Assembly (NCBI GenBank): GCA_965230905.1
Contig: OZ246396.1
Location: forward strand, 1,110,001 to 1,142,000
Reading direction: 5' to 3'
Source of the DNA: Candidatus Saccharimonadota bacterium
GTDB lineage: Bacteria > Patescibacteriota > Gracilibacteria > UBA1369 > 2-02-FULL-48-14
DNA: 32,000 nt
A model generated the notes under the pieces. That model saw only the letters and a program-made list of their open reading frames with translations. It did not search any database and had not been told where the DNA came from. Shown piece by piece: positions 7,184-15,170 of this stretch (within the stretch, counting starts at the first letter, position 1; every line of letters starts with the position of its first letter). The translations under genes were made by a program, and so were the position numbers.

Positions 7184-7338
7184 GAATTCATATTTCCTTT
7201 CCCTCTTTCATTCTCTGGGTGGATTTCTTCAACAGGAGCGAAAGAACTCGGATCATGATCCTCGTCCTTTCTTCCTTATTGGTTTATGTTTCATAAATCC
7301 ACCCAGAGAACCACGGAAAGGGAATCTGAATTCCTAAA
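7179..7338. repeat. 160-bp rod-like inverted repeat between convergent genes
   Basis: The left arm (7179-7226) pairs with the right arm (7295-7338). The outer segment matches at 22 of 24 positions (tttaggaattca...cctttcc). The inner segment is a perfect 15 bp (tctctgggtggattt/aaatccacccagaga). The 68-nt centre contains the palindrome ggatcatgatcc (7250-7261). Confidence 0.8.
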
Positions 7339-7403
7339 CAGAGGAAGATTGTTTGGAGAGATTCAGCATAAAGGCTCCCGCTGAATCGAACCAAGACAGT
7401 CTT

Positions 7404-8060
7404 CTAAAGCTCAGGAGGTTCGGCCTCCACTTCGATCTCTTTTTCTAAGAAGGGGTGGAAGAATTTGGTTTTCCAGGAGTGGAGGTAGAATTTGCCTTTG
7501 CCTTTTTTCATTTTTTGCCAGGCACCGTTGAAGGTTCGGTCGCCGTATTCGTAGTCCAGAATCAGCGGGTGGCCGATCATGGCGAGGTGCTTGCGAATTT
7601 GATGTTTACGGCCGGTTTCGATACGAACTTCCAGCAGGGACGAATTGCCGATCTTTTTGAGAATTTTGTAGTGTGTCACGGCGGGGACTTTTTTTGGAGA
7701 ATTGCGGGCTTCCAACAGAAAGGTGATGAAGCCTTCGGCCTGCTTGGGCACCCACTTAACCTGGGCTAGGTAGGTTTTGGAGGTGCGCGAGTCTTGGAAA
7801 ATGGATTCCAGGGCTTCTCGGTCACGAGGGTATTTGCCCACCAGCAGCACCCCTGAGGTGTTTTGATCCAGGCGATTTAAGAGGTAGGGTTTGTAGTCTT
7901 TTTTATCACGAAAAGCGCGTTCGCGGAGTTGTCCCTGAATAGTTTTATATTCAGGAATTTTAGGTGCAGGTACGGAAACGAGCCCAGCTGGTTTATTTAC
8001 AACCAGTAGGAACTCGTCTTCATAGATTACCGGTATTGGAGATTTATTCTTGGCCGCCAC
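7404..8060 (-). CDS. RluA-family pseudouridine synthase
   Basis: Motifs LVVNKPAGLVSVP, LNRLDQNTSGVLLVGK (catalytic Asp motif) and TGRKHQIRKHLAMIGHPLILD are present. Confidence 0.9.
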   Translation of the reverse strand: MAAKNKSPIPVIYEDEFLLVVNKPAGLVSVPAPKIPEYKTIQGQLRERAFRDKKDYKPYLLNRLDQNTSGVLLVGKYPRDREALESIFQDSRTSKTYLAQVKWVPKQAEGFITFLLEARNSPKKVPAVTHYKILKKIGNSSLLEVRIETGRKHQIRKHLAMIGHPLILDYEYGDRTFNGAWQKMKKGKGKFYLHSWKTKFFHPFLEKEIEVEAEPPEL

Positions 8061-8583
8061 TCATGTCAAAGTACTCGTGTAAGTCTTCACCGTCAAATTT
8101 GATGGAGATATCTCGGTTCTCAGGTGAGTTGGCTTCCACGGTCGCTCGAATCTGTTCTTCGATGCGAGGATCGTCGCACGAACCAGCAGAAATAATAGAC
8201 CCACTGAGTTCAACGAAGGTGGTCATTCCGTCACTGGTCACGCTGTCCACCACAATGTCCGAGGGGGCGAGGCTGTTGTAGAGCCCCGTTTCTGGGTCTA
8301 GAGATTCTTCGATGGCAAAGAGTTCCTCAAGAGCGGTGAGTACATCTCCGCTGGCGTTGCCGAAGGGCTCTTCGTCACTTTCAATAAATTCAATGGTGTC
8401 TCCACAACCAAAAGAATCGGCTGGGGGAGTGGTCACGCCATCGTTCATCGCTACGAGCGCGAGGGTAATGGTTTCAACGCGACCTTCCTCTTCTTCTTCA
8501 GGAGTTTCCACAGAGGGAGCTTCGGGCTGGGTACAAGCGGATAAAAGTAGGGTCAACATAACTAAAGAAAGAAATTGTTTCAT
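8044..8583 (-). CDS. Acidic lipoprotein (possibly GerMN-like domain)
   Basis: Signal peptide with lipobox MKQFLSLVMLTLLLSAC. The mature part is acidic. Its layout is loosely GerMN-like (a tentative call). Confidence 0.7.
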   Translation of the reverse strand: MKQFLSLVMLTLLLSACTQPEAPSVETPEEEEEGRVETITLALVAMNDGVTTPPADSFGCGDTIEFIESDEEPFGNASGDVLTALEELFAIEESLDPETGLYNSLAPSDIVVDSVTSDGMTTFVELSGSIISAGSCDDPRIEEQIRATVEANSPENRDISIKFDGEDLHEYFDMSGGQE

Positions 8584-8626
8584 TAGGAGTGGTTAGGTTC
8601 GTAAAGTAAGACGCGTGGTGGTCTTA

Positions 8627-8917
8627 TTACTTACGGCTTTTTTTCTTGGATGTGGCTTTTTTTGGAGCGGGCATGGGCAGTTCGCAAGAACCGTCGCAGC
8701 TGTTTCCACCGCACATACAGGAATCTTCCATTTGGCATGAATCGGAATTGCGGCTGATCATCCATTTAAGACCAGTAACTACGAGGATGCTTGGCCAGAG
8801 GTAATCCCAGGTTTCAGCGGGAACGAGGTCGAAACGTTGTAAAAGTAAAACGGCTCCAATTACAAAAGCGACGAGTCCAAGCCATAATTGATGGTCTTTA
8901 TTGTTTGAGCAGCACAT
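8627..8917 (-). CDS. Small two-TM membrane protein with a Cys-rich, Lys-rich C-terminal tail
   Basis: Two hydrophobic helices (LWLGLVAFVIGAVLLL and YLWPSILVVTGLKWMI) are followed by DSCQMEDSCMCGGNSCDGSCE and KKATSKKKSRK. Confidence 0.6.
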   Translation of the reverse strand: MCCSNNKDHQLWLGLVAFVIGAVLLLQRFDLVPAETWDYLWPSILVVTGLKWMISRNSDSCQMEDSCMCGGNSCDGSCELPMPAPKKATSKKKSRK

Positions 8918-8980
8918 AGGGGGCGTGGTTAGGAGTATGGATAACCTTATTCTGCTCGTAAAAAAAGTTTTTGCAAGCGC

Positions 8981-9009
8981 GTGACCTTGCCAGGATTTTG
9001 TGATATACT
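8981..9009 (+). promoter_or_regulatory. Candidate promoter with extended -10 for the 9049 gene
   Basis: GTGACC (8981-8986), a 17-nt spacer ending in TGa, then TATACT (9004-9009). Confidence 0.4.
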
Positions 9010-9048
9010 GTTAGTACTTAAAAAACATTTTCTAACCCTTCTACGCCC

Positions 9049-9462
9049 ATGGCAGACGCAAACCAAAACCAAAATGCTGGTCAAGCAGCCCAGCAACAAC
9101 TTCAGGTCAAAGTGCCTGACGATGTACAAAAAGGATGCTATTCAAACGCAGTGTCCGTAAACGTGAACTCCAATGAGGTGGTTCTCGATTTCGGTTATTT
9201 GCTGCCAAACACTCCCGCTCCTATTATTGAAGTGGTGAGCCGTGTGAACATGAATCAACGAACCGCTGAATCTTTTATTGGAGTGCTTCAAGGTGCCATG
9301 GAAGACTTTAAGAAGAAGCAAGCGCAACAGGCTCAGCAACAAGCCGCGCCTGCACCAGCTCCTCAGCCAATGCCAGCGCCTATGCCGGAGCAGCCAATGG
9401 GACCTGCACCAATGGGACCAATGCCGGAAGCACCTATGCCTCCGTATCCCACTAACGCGTAG
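9049..9462 (+). CDS. DUF3467-family protein with a Q/A/P-rich C-terminal tail
   Basis: GCYSNAVSVNVNSNEVVLDFGYLLP...VVSRVNMNQRTAESFIGVLQGAMEDF fits the DUF3467 pattern. The tail is QQAQQQAAPAPAPQPMPAPMPEQPMGPAPMGPMP. Confidence 0.75.
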   Translation: MADANQNQNAGQAAQQQLQVKVPDDVQKGCYSNAVSVNVNSNEVVLDFGYLLPNTPAPIIEVVSRVNMNQRTAESFIGVLQGAMEDFKKKQAQQAQQQAAPAPAPQPMPAPMPEQPMGPAPMGPMPEAPMPPYPTNA

Positions 9463-9486
9463 CGTTAGTTTGTATTTAAATTTAAA

Positions 9487-9517
9487 AGACTTCGATTTGC
9501 ATCGAGGTCTTTTTTTG
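9487..9517 (+). terminator. Rho-independent terminator
   Basis: A 9-bp stem agacttcga/tcgaggtct (one G-U pair), loop tttgca, then a T6 run (9511-9516), 25 nt after the stop codon. Confidence 0.8.
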
Positions 9518-9531
9518 TGCATTCTGAGCAC

Positions 9532-9984
9532 ATGCGCAGTGTTGTTCAACGAGTCCTTGAGGCTCGCGTCACCGTTAGTAAGGAAACCGTGGGTCACATT
9601 GACGCTGGTTTGTTGATTTATTTGGGAGTAGAAAAGGGCGATACCAATGACGATATGATTTGGACGGCGGAGAAAATCTTGAAAATGCGGATTTTTCCGG
9701 ATTCGGAGGAGCGGATGCAGTTCCCGGTGACGGAGATTGCGGGCGGAGTTTTGGTGGTTTCACAATTCACCTTGTGCGCGGACATGAGCAAGGGCAATCG
9801 GCCGAGTTTTCATCTGGCGGAGGCGCCGGCGGAAGCGGAGGCCATGTACGAAGCTTTTGTTTTGTATTTGTCGGGGAAGGGCGTGCCCGTGCAAACGGGT
9901 CAGTTCGGCGCCATGATGCACGTGGAGAGCGTGAATGACGGCCCGCTCACGATACTTCTTGATTCCAAGGAGAAAGTCGCTTAA
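9532..9984 (+). CDS. dtd: D-aminoacyl-tRNA deacylase
   Basis: MRSVVQRV...AGLLIYLGV...VVSQFTL...KGNRPSF...GQFGAMMHVESVNDGPLTILLDS is the canonical Dtd pattern. I used the ATG at 9532. Confidence 0.93.
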   Translation: MRSVVQRVLEARVTVSKETVGHIDAGLLIYLGVEKGDTNDDMIWTAEKILKMRIFPDSEERMQFPVTEIAGGVLVVSQFTLCADMSKGNRPSFHLAEAPAEAEAMYEAFVLYLSGKGVPVQTGQFGAMMHVESVNDGPLTILLDSKEKVA

Positions 9985-10010
9985 GATTACGGGGCTCCTA
10001 ACCCTGGATT

Positions 10011-11369
10011 ATGTCAACGATGGACGAAGTCATGTCACTCTGTAAACGACGCGGTTTTGTGTATCCGGGCAGCGAAATTTACGGCGGGCTCGCCAATACC
10101 TGGGATTACGGACCTTATGGAAGCGTGCTCAAGCGCAATATCCTAAACCTGTGGTGGAAGACTTTTATTGAAGACCGCGACGATATGCTCGGGCTCGACA
10201 GCGCGATTTTGATGAACCCACGCGTGTGGGAAGCCAGCGGACACGTGGCGAATTTTGCCGATCCGTTGATGGATTGTAAAAAATGTCAGGAACGTGTGCG
10301 TGGCGATAAACTTTTGGAAGAACATTTTAAAACAACGATTGCGGGTCTTAGTAACGATGAGATCTACAACCGAATTATGGATGCGAAAATTCCGTGCCCA
10401 AAATGTGGCAAAGTGGAATGGACGCAGCCTCGTGCCTTCAATCTCATGTTCAAGACCTATCAAGGAGTAGTGGAAGACACGGCAGAGCAGATTTACCTGC
10501 GACCAGAAACGGCGCAAGGAATCTTTGTGAATTTTAAGAATATTATGGATTCTATGCGCGTTCGACTGCCGTTTGGAGTTGGACAATATGGGAAATCCTT
10601 CCGAAATGAAATCACGCCGGGGAATTTTATTTTCCGTACGCGTGAATTTGAACAGATGGAAATTGAGTATTTTGTTCGGCCCGACGAAGCAGAAAAATAT
10701 TTCGACCAATGGGTGGAGGATTTTAAGGCCTTTTTTGATAGTTTGGGCGTTCCCAAAGAAAAACTTCGTCTTCGTTACCACGAAAAGGACGAACTTTCGC
10801 ATTATTCAAGTAAAACCGTGGATTTTGAATTCGAATTTCCTTTTGGATGGGGCGAATTGATGGGAATTGCGCACCGTGGTTCCTTCGATCTCGATCAGCA
10901 CACCAAATTTTCAGGTGAAAAATTGCAGTACCGTGACCCGGTGAGCAATGAAGTGTTTGTCCCTCACGTGGTAGAACCCGCCTTGGGTCTTACCCGCAGT
11001 TTCTTGATTGTTCTATTGAGTGCTTATGAAGAACAAGCCTTGGAAAATGGAGAAACCCGCACGGTGATGCACTTTGCACCGGCTATTGCACCCGTACAAG
11101 TGGCCGTTTTCCCTCTGCAAAAACAACAAAGTGAGCAAGCGACCGCGCTGTACCGCACTTTAAAGAAAAATTTCCGAGCTGAGTACGATGAAAGTGGCGC
11201 GATTGGTAAGCGCTACCGCCGTCAGGACGAGATTGGAACGCCGCTCTGTATTACCTACGATTTTGACTCTGATGCTGATGGAAGCGTGACGGTCCGTGAC
11301 CGAGATTCCATGCAACAGGAAAGGGTGAAAATTGAAGAACTTACTACTTATTTAAACGCACGTTTATGA
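10011..11369 (+). CDS. glyQS: Glycine--tRNA ligase (homodimeric class II GlyQS type)
   Basis: LCKRRGFVYPGSEIYGGLANTWDYGPYG, YLRPETAQGIFVNF, FRNEITPGNFIFRTREFEQMEIEYF and the C-terminal anticodon-binding region GKRYRRQDEIGTP are all present. Confidence 0.95.
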   Translation: MSTMDEVMSLCKRRGFVYPGSEIYGGLANTWDYGPYGSVLKRNILNLWWKTFIEDRDDMLGLDSAILMNPRVWEASGHVANFADPLMDCKKCQERVRGDKLLEEHFKTTIAGLSNDEIYNRIMDAKIPCPKCGKVEWTQPRAFNLMFKTYQGVVEDTAEQIYLRPETAQGIFVNFKNIMDSMRVRLPFGVGQYGKSFRNEITPGNFIFRTREFEQMEIEYFVRPDEAEKYFDQWVEDFKAFFDSLGVPKEKLRLRYHEKDELSHYSSKTVDFEFEFPFGWGELMGIAHRGSFDLDQHTKFSGEKLQYRDPVSNEVFVPHVVEPALGLTRSFLIVLLSAYEEQALENGETRTVMHFAPAIAPVQVAVFPLQKQQSEQATALYRTLKKNFRAEYDESGAIGKRYRRQDEIGTPLCITYDFDSDADGSVTVRDRDSMQQERVKIEELTTYLNARL

Positions 11370-11581
11370 ATCCTGAATCAAATGACCGAAAGCCTTGGAC
11401 CTATAACCCTAAAATTTGGGAATCCACTCCTGAAACAGCTGAGATAGATGCAGCCATTGCATCGGTGAGTGAAAGTGTGGGCGATATAGAGTACTTCGTT
11501 CAACCGGGTGTTTGTACTAGAAGCCGCGTGCCGATTTCAGCGACTGAGTTTTATACTGGTACTGCCCGTTGGCGTAGCTGA
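11366..11581 (+). CDS. Possible small hypothetical protein (71 aa)
   Basis: Its ATG overlaps the glyQS stop codon (ATGA). There is no recognisable family. A competing ORF in another frame (11508-11729) makes this call weak. Confidence 0.25.
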   Translation: MNPESNDRKPWTYNPKIWESTPETAEIDAAIASVSESVGDIEYFVQPGVCTRSRVPISATEFYTGTARWRS

Positions 11582-11725
11582 TCTGGTGGATCTGCGTGAA
11601 CTTAGATTTACAATGGCCCTCAGGCCAACTAATGAAGAAGTGATTCCTGGTATGCTGAGGACTTTACCTCGCATCGCGTTAACAGAGATTGCAGCCGGCT
11701 ATTGTGCAACGCTAAAGCCTAGGCT

Positions 11726-12289
11726 TTAAGCCCAGGTTTGGGCATTGACGGCACTGGGTTTCATGGGCATCCCCATGAAGGTAGAAGATGTTGCGTAGCA
11801 AGGCTCCTGCCCTCCAGGTGAACGAAGCATTTGTCCTGATCCGTAGGTAATACGATGCGCGGCTCCACTTAGGACAGCCATGCTGCGTTCACTAAAGTTG
11901 GTGACTTGTTGAATAGGATCTTCTAGCCAATCGCCGAGTTCGTTCCAGGCTTTACCTGGATTAAAACCCCAGTGTCCATCGTGGTGAACGAGCGTTTTTA
12001 GTGCGGTAAAAGGACGGCCAACGGCACTTACAATGCCATTCCCAATAGGTACTAGTACGCTTTTATCCCATTCATGCCCTGGTTGAGCGGATACATCATA
12101 AATACCTTTTCCTAGTTCAGCTAAAGGTCCCCAGACCGTATTTTTTATACCATTCCCAAAGCGAGCCATTGCGTTGCGTAGATAACCGGGTCCGGCAGGT
12201 GCAGCGTGGGCTGCGTGAGGAGCCGCATGTGGGGCGGCATGAGGTGCTGGGGCTGCGTGTGGAGCAGCGGCGGGTGCATGTGCGCTCAT
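11726..12289 (-). CDS. Hypothetical protein with an N-terminal His/Ala/Pro repeat
   Basis: 187-aa ORF. The N-terminus is MSAHAPAAAPHAAPAPHAAPHAAPHAAHAAPAGPG. The remainder is a Gly/Trp-containing globular part with no TM segment, no signal peptide and no recognised domain. A candidate promoter on the minus strand has its TTGACA at 12339-12344. Confidence 0.6.
   Translation of the reverse strand: MSAHAPAAAPHAAPAPHAAPHAAPHAAHAAPAGPGYLRNAMARFGNGIKNTVWGPLAELGKGIYDVSAQPGHEWDKSVLVPIGNGIVSAVGRPFTALKTLVHHDGHWGFNPGKAWNELGDWLEDPIQQVTNFSERSMAVLSGAAHRITYGSGQMLRSPGGQEPCYATSSTFMGMPMKPSAVNAQTWA
12191..12286 (-). repeat. Imperfect ~15-nt tandem repeat encoding (A-A-P-H-A)n
   Basis: Repeated gc.gc.tg.gg units are visible in 12191-12286. 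They correspond to the HAAP repeats of the 11726-12289 product. Confidence 0.6.
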
Positions 12290-12398
12290 AAGATTGGGGT
12301 AAATCGAATTACATCAACTTAAGGTACTTTGGCTAATTTGTCAAGTTTTGCCTTTCCTGAGCCATTCCTAGAGCTTTGAGTCTAATCTGTTAGGCCCA

Positions 12399-12427
12399 TT
12401 GCAAAAAGGCGTGTTTTTTGATATAAT
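12399..12427 (+). promoter_or_regulatory. Near-consensus sigma70 promoter with extended -10
   Basis: TTGCAA (12399-12404), a 17-nt spacer ending in TGa, then TATAAT (12422-12427), 29 nt upstream of the ATG at 12456. Confidence 0.6.
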
Positions 12428-12455
12428 AATAAGATTAAATCAAAACAAAACGCGT

Positions 12456-15170
12456 ATGGCACCGCTACTGGCTAGTTTAACCGGATTCTGGGAAACCGTA
12501 AAAAGCATGGCTTTAGATGCGTATTTGTACATCGATGTGAACTGGGAGTGGATGATCTGGGGCCTTTCTATTTTGCTCGTGGTGAAATTGTTTGGGCCTT
12601 GGTTTGTGCGTGAACTTTATGAACGTTGGGTGGCTAGGCACCGTGTGTTTATTCAGATTACGATGCCGCGTGAAGAGTCCACCAAAGACAAAGAAAATGC
12701 GACGGAAAAGGACTTTAGAGAACGAATTGGAATCATGGAGCAGCTTTACCGGGCTGTGCATGAGATTCGTGAGCTTAATTTGAGCAACCGACTGATGGTT
12801 TGGCTCTTTCATCGTGATGCGGTTTCATTTGAAATTCATGCGCGACATGAGGACATCACATTTTTTGTGTCGGTGCATCCGTATTACTCTGGGATTTTGG
12901 AAAAACAGATCACGTCTTTTTATCCAAGTGCGTCCATTGAATTCATTCGTCCGGAGCCGATGCAGCCTAAGGAGCTTAAGAAGAAAAATACGGTAAAAGG
13001 ATACTATTTGTATTTGAAAAATTTGAACTGGTACCCGCTCAAGACCTATAAAACCATTGAAAACGATTCGCTCAATGATTTCACGAACGTGCTTTCTAAA
13101 TTGGAAGACAATGAAAAGGCAGTGATTCAAATCATGATCCGACCTCGTCACGAAAAATGGCAAAAGACCGCACGGGATTTTGCGACGAAGATGTTTAAGA
13201 ATGAGAAGCCCGAAAGCAAGAATCCGCTGCGAAAACTTCTTGGAATGCTAAGTTGGTTCTTTACGGCTACCGCCTTTGGTTATGATGCCGCTGAGAAAAA
13301 CAATCCTCCTCCTGGAGCCAAAAGTGGAGACAGCTATGTTCGTATGCTGCAGACCGATGAAGAACTCGCCAAGCGCATTGGTGAAAAAGCCAATCAAGTG
13401 GGGTTTGATACGGTGGTTCGTATTTTGGCTTCTTCCGATAAAGGGGAGAGTCAGTGCGACAATATTTTGAATGGGCTCTTTGTGGCCTTCAACGTGACTA
13501 AGGACGCGGCTTCGAACTGGTTTGAGGCACGACGTCTCATTCCTATCAACTTTATAAATACGCCTTTGCTCGTGGATTCTTTGGAAAGCAGAGCCTTTAC
13601 GTTCGGAGAAAAAGTTTCCGTACTCAATCCAGAGGAATTGGCTTCTATTTTCCATATTCCAAACAGCCGTTACAACTACACGCCGATTATTAAATGGCTT
13701 TCTTACAAAGTGGTTCCTGCGCCTACTGATTTGCCTACCGAGGGAATTTTGCTGGGAAACAATGTGTACCGTGGGGTCAAACGCGAGGTGCGTTTCAAAA
13801 AGAAAGACCGTACGCGTCACCACTATATTATTGGGCAAACCGGAACCGGGAAATCTGCCTACATCAGCTACATGGCGCGCCAGGACGTTATTAATGGAGA
13901 CGGAGTTTGTGTGATCGATCCGCATGGAGATTTGATTGAAGAAATTTTGCAGTTTATTCCTAAGGAGCGCGCGAAGGATGTTATTATTTTTGATCCCGCA
14001 GATACGGAGCGTCCGATGGGGCTCAACATGCTCGAGGCCAAGACGCCGGAACAGCAGGACATGGCGTCCAGCCAAGCCACGGAAATCTTTATTAAGATCT
14101 TCGGAGATGAAATTTTTGGACCCCGTATTCAGCATTATTTCCGAAACGCGTGTTTGACGCTGATGGAAGACCCTGATGAAGGCGCGACTTTGATTGATGT
14201 GCCTCGAATCTTTGTGGATGAGGAATTCATGCGATACAAGGTTTCTAAGGTTAAGAACCCCGTGGTGAAATCGTTCTGGGAACATGAATACGCCAACACC
14301 GGAGACCGCGAACGTCAGGAAATGATTCCGTATTTCTCGGCCAAGTTCGGTCCGTTTATTACGAACTCGATCATGCGTAACACCATTGGCCAGGCGAAAT
14401 CTGGGTTCAACATTCGCGAGATCATGGACAACAAAAAAATTCTTTTGGTGAACCTTTCTAAAGGTAAACTCGGGGGACTCAATACGCAGCTGCTGGGGCT
14501 GGTACTCGTGGCGCAAATTCAGCAAGCGGCCATGAGCCGTGTGGATATGCCGGAAGCCGACCGTAAGGATTTCTACCTTTATGTGGATGAGTTCCAAAAC
14601 TTTGCGACGGACACGTTCTGTTCGATTCTGTCTGAGGCCCGAAAATACAAACTCTGTTTGATCATGGCTCACCAATACATTGGTCAGCTCACGGTGACGA
14701 AGGGTGGTTCGACCAGCAGCCAGATCCGCGACGCCGTGTTCGGTAACGTGGGTACGCTGCAGTCGTTTAAAATTGGTGCGGAAGACGCCGAATACTTGGC
14801 AAAAGAATACGCGCCGGTGCTCACGGAGCAGGACGTGATTGGAATTGCGAATTATCGCGCGTACATGAAGCTCAATATCAATATGGCGACGTCACGGCCG
14901 TTCTCACTGGAAACCATTTGGGACATGGCGGCGGCAAACCCCAAAGTGCGCGACGTGGTGAAGCAGTATTCTCGAATGAAATACGGACGCAAAAAGCTCT
15001 TTGTAGAACAGGAAATTGGAGCGCGTATTGGAATTAGTGTTAATGATCTTGGCCCCGAGGTGAAAGCCGATTACACTGCTGAGGTCAAACCTGCTGCGCC
15101 AGCAGCACCTGCAGCACCTGCTGCTGCGCCTCAACCACCAACCACGCCTTCGCCCAATGGAGCAGCCTGA
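12456..15170 (+). CDS. Membrane-anchored VirD4/TraG/TraD-like (type IV coupling protein-like) P-loop ATPase with a large unassigned N-terminal domain
   Basis: An N-terminal TM helix (WEWMIWGLSILLVVKLFGPWFV) is followed by about 400 aa of unassigned sequence. Walker A is GQTGTGKS (13833-13856), followed by VCVIDPHGDL. Walker B is FYLYVDEFQNF (Asp-Glu at 14586-14591). Then comes ARKYKLCLIMAHQYIGQL, typical of the TraG/TraD C-terminal region. The tail is Ala/Pro-rich. I used the ATG at 12456 because the TTG at 12399 coincides with the promoter -35. Confidence 0.8.
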   Translation: MAPLLASLTGFWETVKSMALDAYLYIDVNWEWMIWGLSILLVVKLFGPWFVRELYERWVARHRVFIQITMPREESTKDKENATEKDFRERIGIMEQLYRAVHEIRELNLSNRLMVWLFHRDAVSFEIHARHEDITFFVSVHPYYSGILEKQITSFYPSASIEFIRPEPMQPKELKKKNTVKGYYLYLKNLNWYPLKTYKTIENDSLNDFTNVLSKLEDNEKAVIQIMIRPRHEKWQKTARDFATKMFKNEKPESKNPLRKLLGMLSWFFTATAFGYDAAEKNNPPPGAKSGDSYVRMLQTDEELAKRIGEKANQVGFDTVVRILASSDKGESQCDNILNGLFVAFNVTKDAASNWFEARRLIPINFINTPLLVDSLESRAFTFGEKVSVLNPEELASIFHIPNSRYNYTPIIKWLSYKVVPAPTDLPTEGILLGNNVYRGVKREVRFKKKDRTRHHYIIGQTGTGKSAYISYMARQDVINGDGVCVIDPHGDLIEEILQFIPKERAKDVIIFDPADTERPMGLNMLEAKTPEQQDMASSQATEIFIKIFGDEIFGPRIQHYFRNACLTLMEDPDEGATLIDVPRIFVDEEFMRYKVSKVKNPVVKSFWEHEYANTGDRERQEMIPYFSAKFGPFITNSIMRNTIGQAKSGFNIREIMDNKKILLVNLSKGKLGGLNTQLLGLVLVAQIQQAAMSRVDMPEADRKDFYLYVDEFQNFATDTFCSILSEARKYKLCLIMAHQYIGQLTVTKGGSTSSQIRDAVFGNVGTLQSFKIGAEDAEYLAKEYAPVLTEQDVIGIANYRAYMKLNINMATSRPFSLETIWDMAAANPKVRDVVKQYSRMKYGRKKLFVEQEIGARIGISVNDLGPEVKADYTAEVKPAAPAAPAAPAAAPQPPTTPSPNGAA

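Noticed and set aside
9985-10010. Possible T-box leader upstream of glyQS (and similarly of cysS)
   Set aside because: The intergenic spacers are 26 nt or absent because of gene overlap, too short for a T-box.
10143-10802. 219-aa minus-strand ORF
   Set aside because: It is antisense to glyQS, which is unambiguous.
13248-14675. 475-aa ORF on the minus strand
   Set aside because: It lies entirely antisense to the VirD4-like gene, whose plus-strand frame carries Walker A/B and TraG-type motifs. The antisense translation is Arg/His/Asn-rich low-complexity sequence with no motifs.
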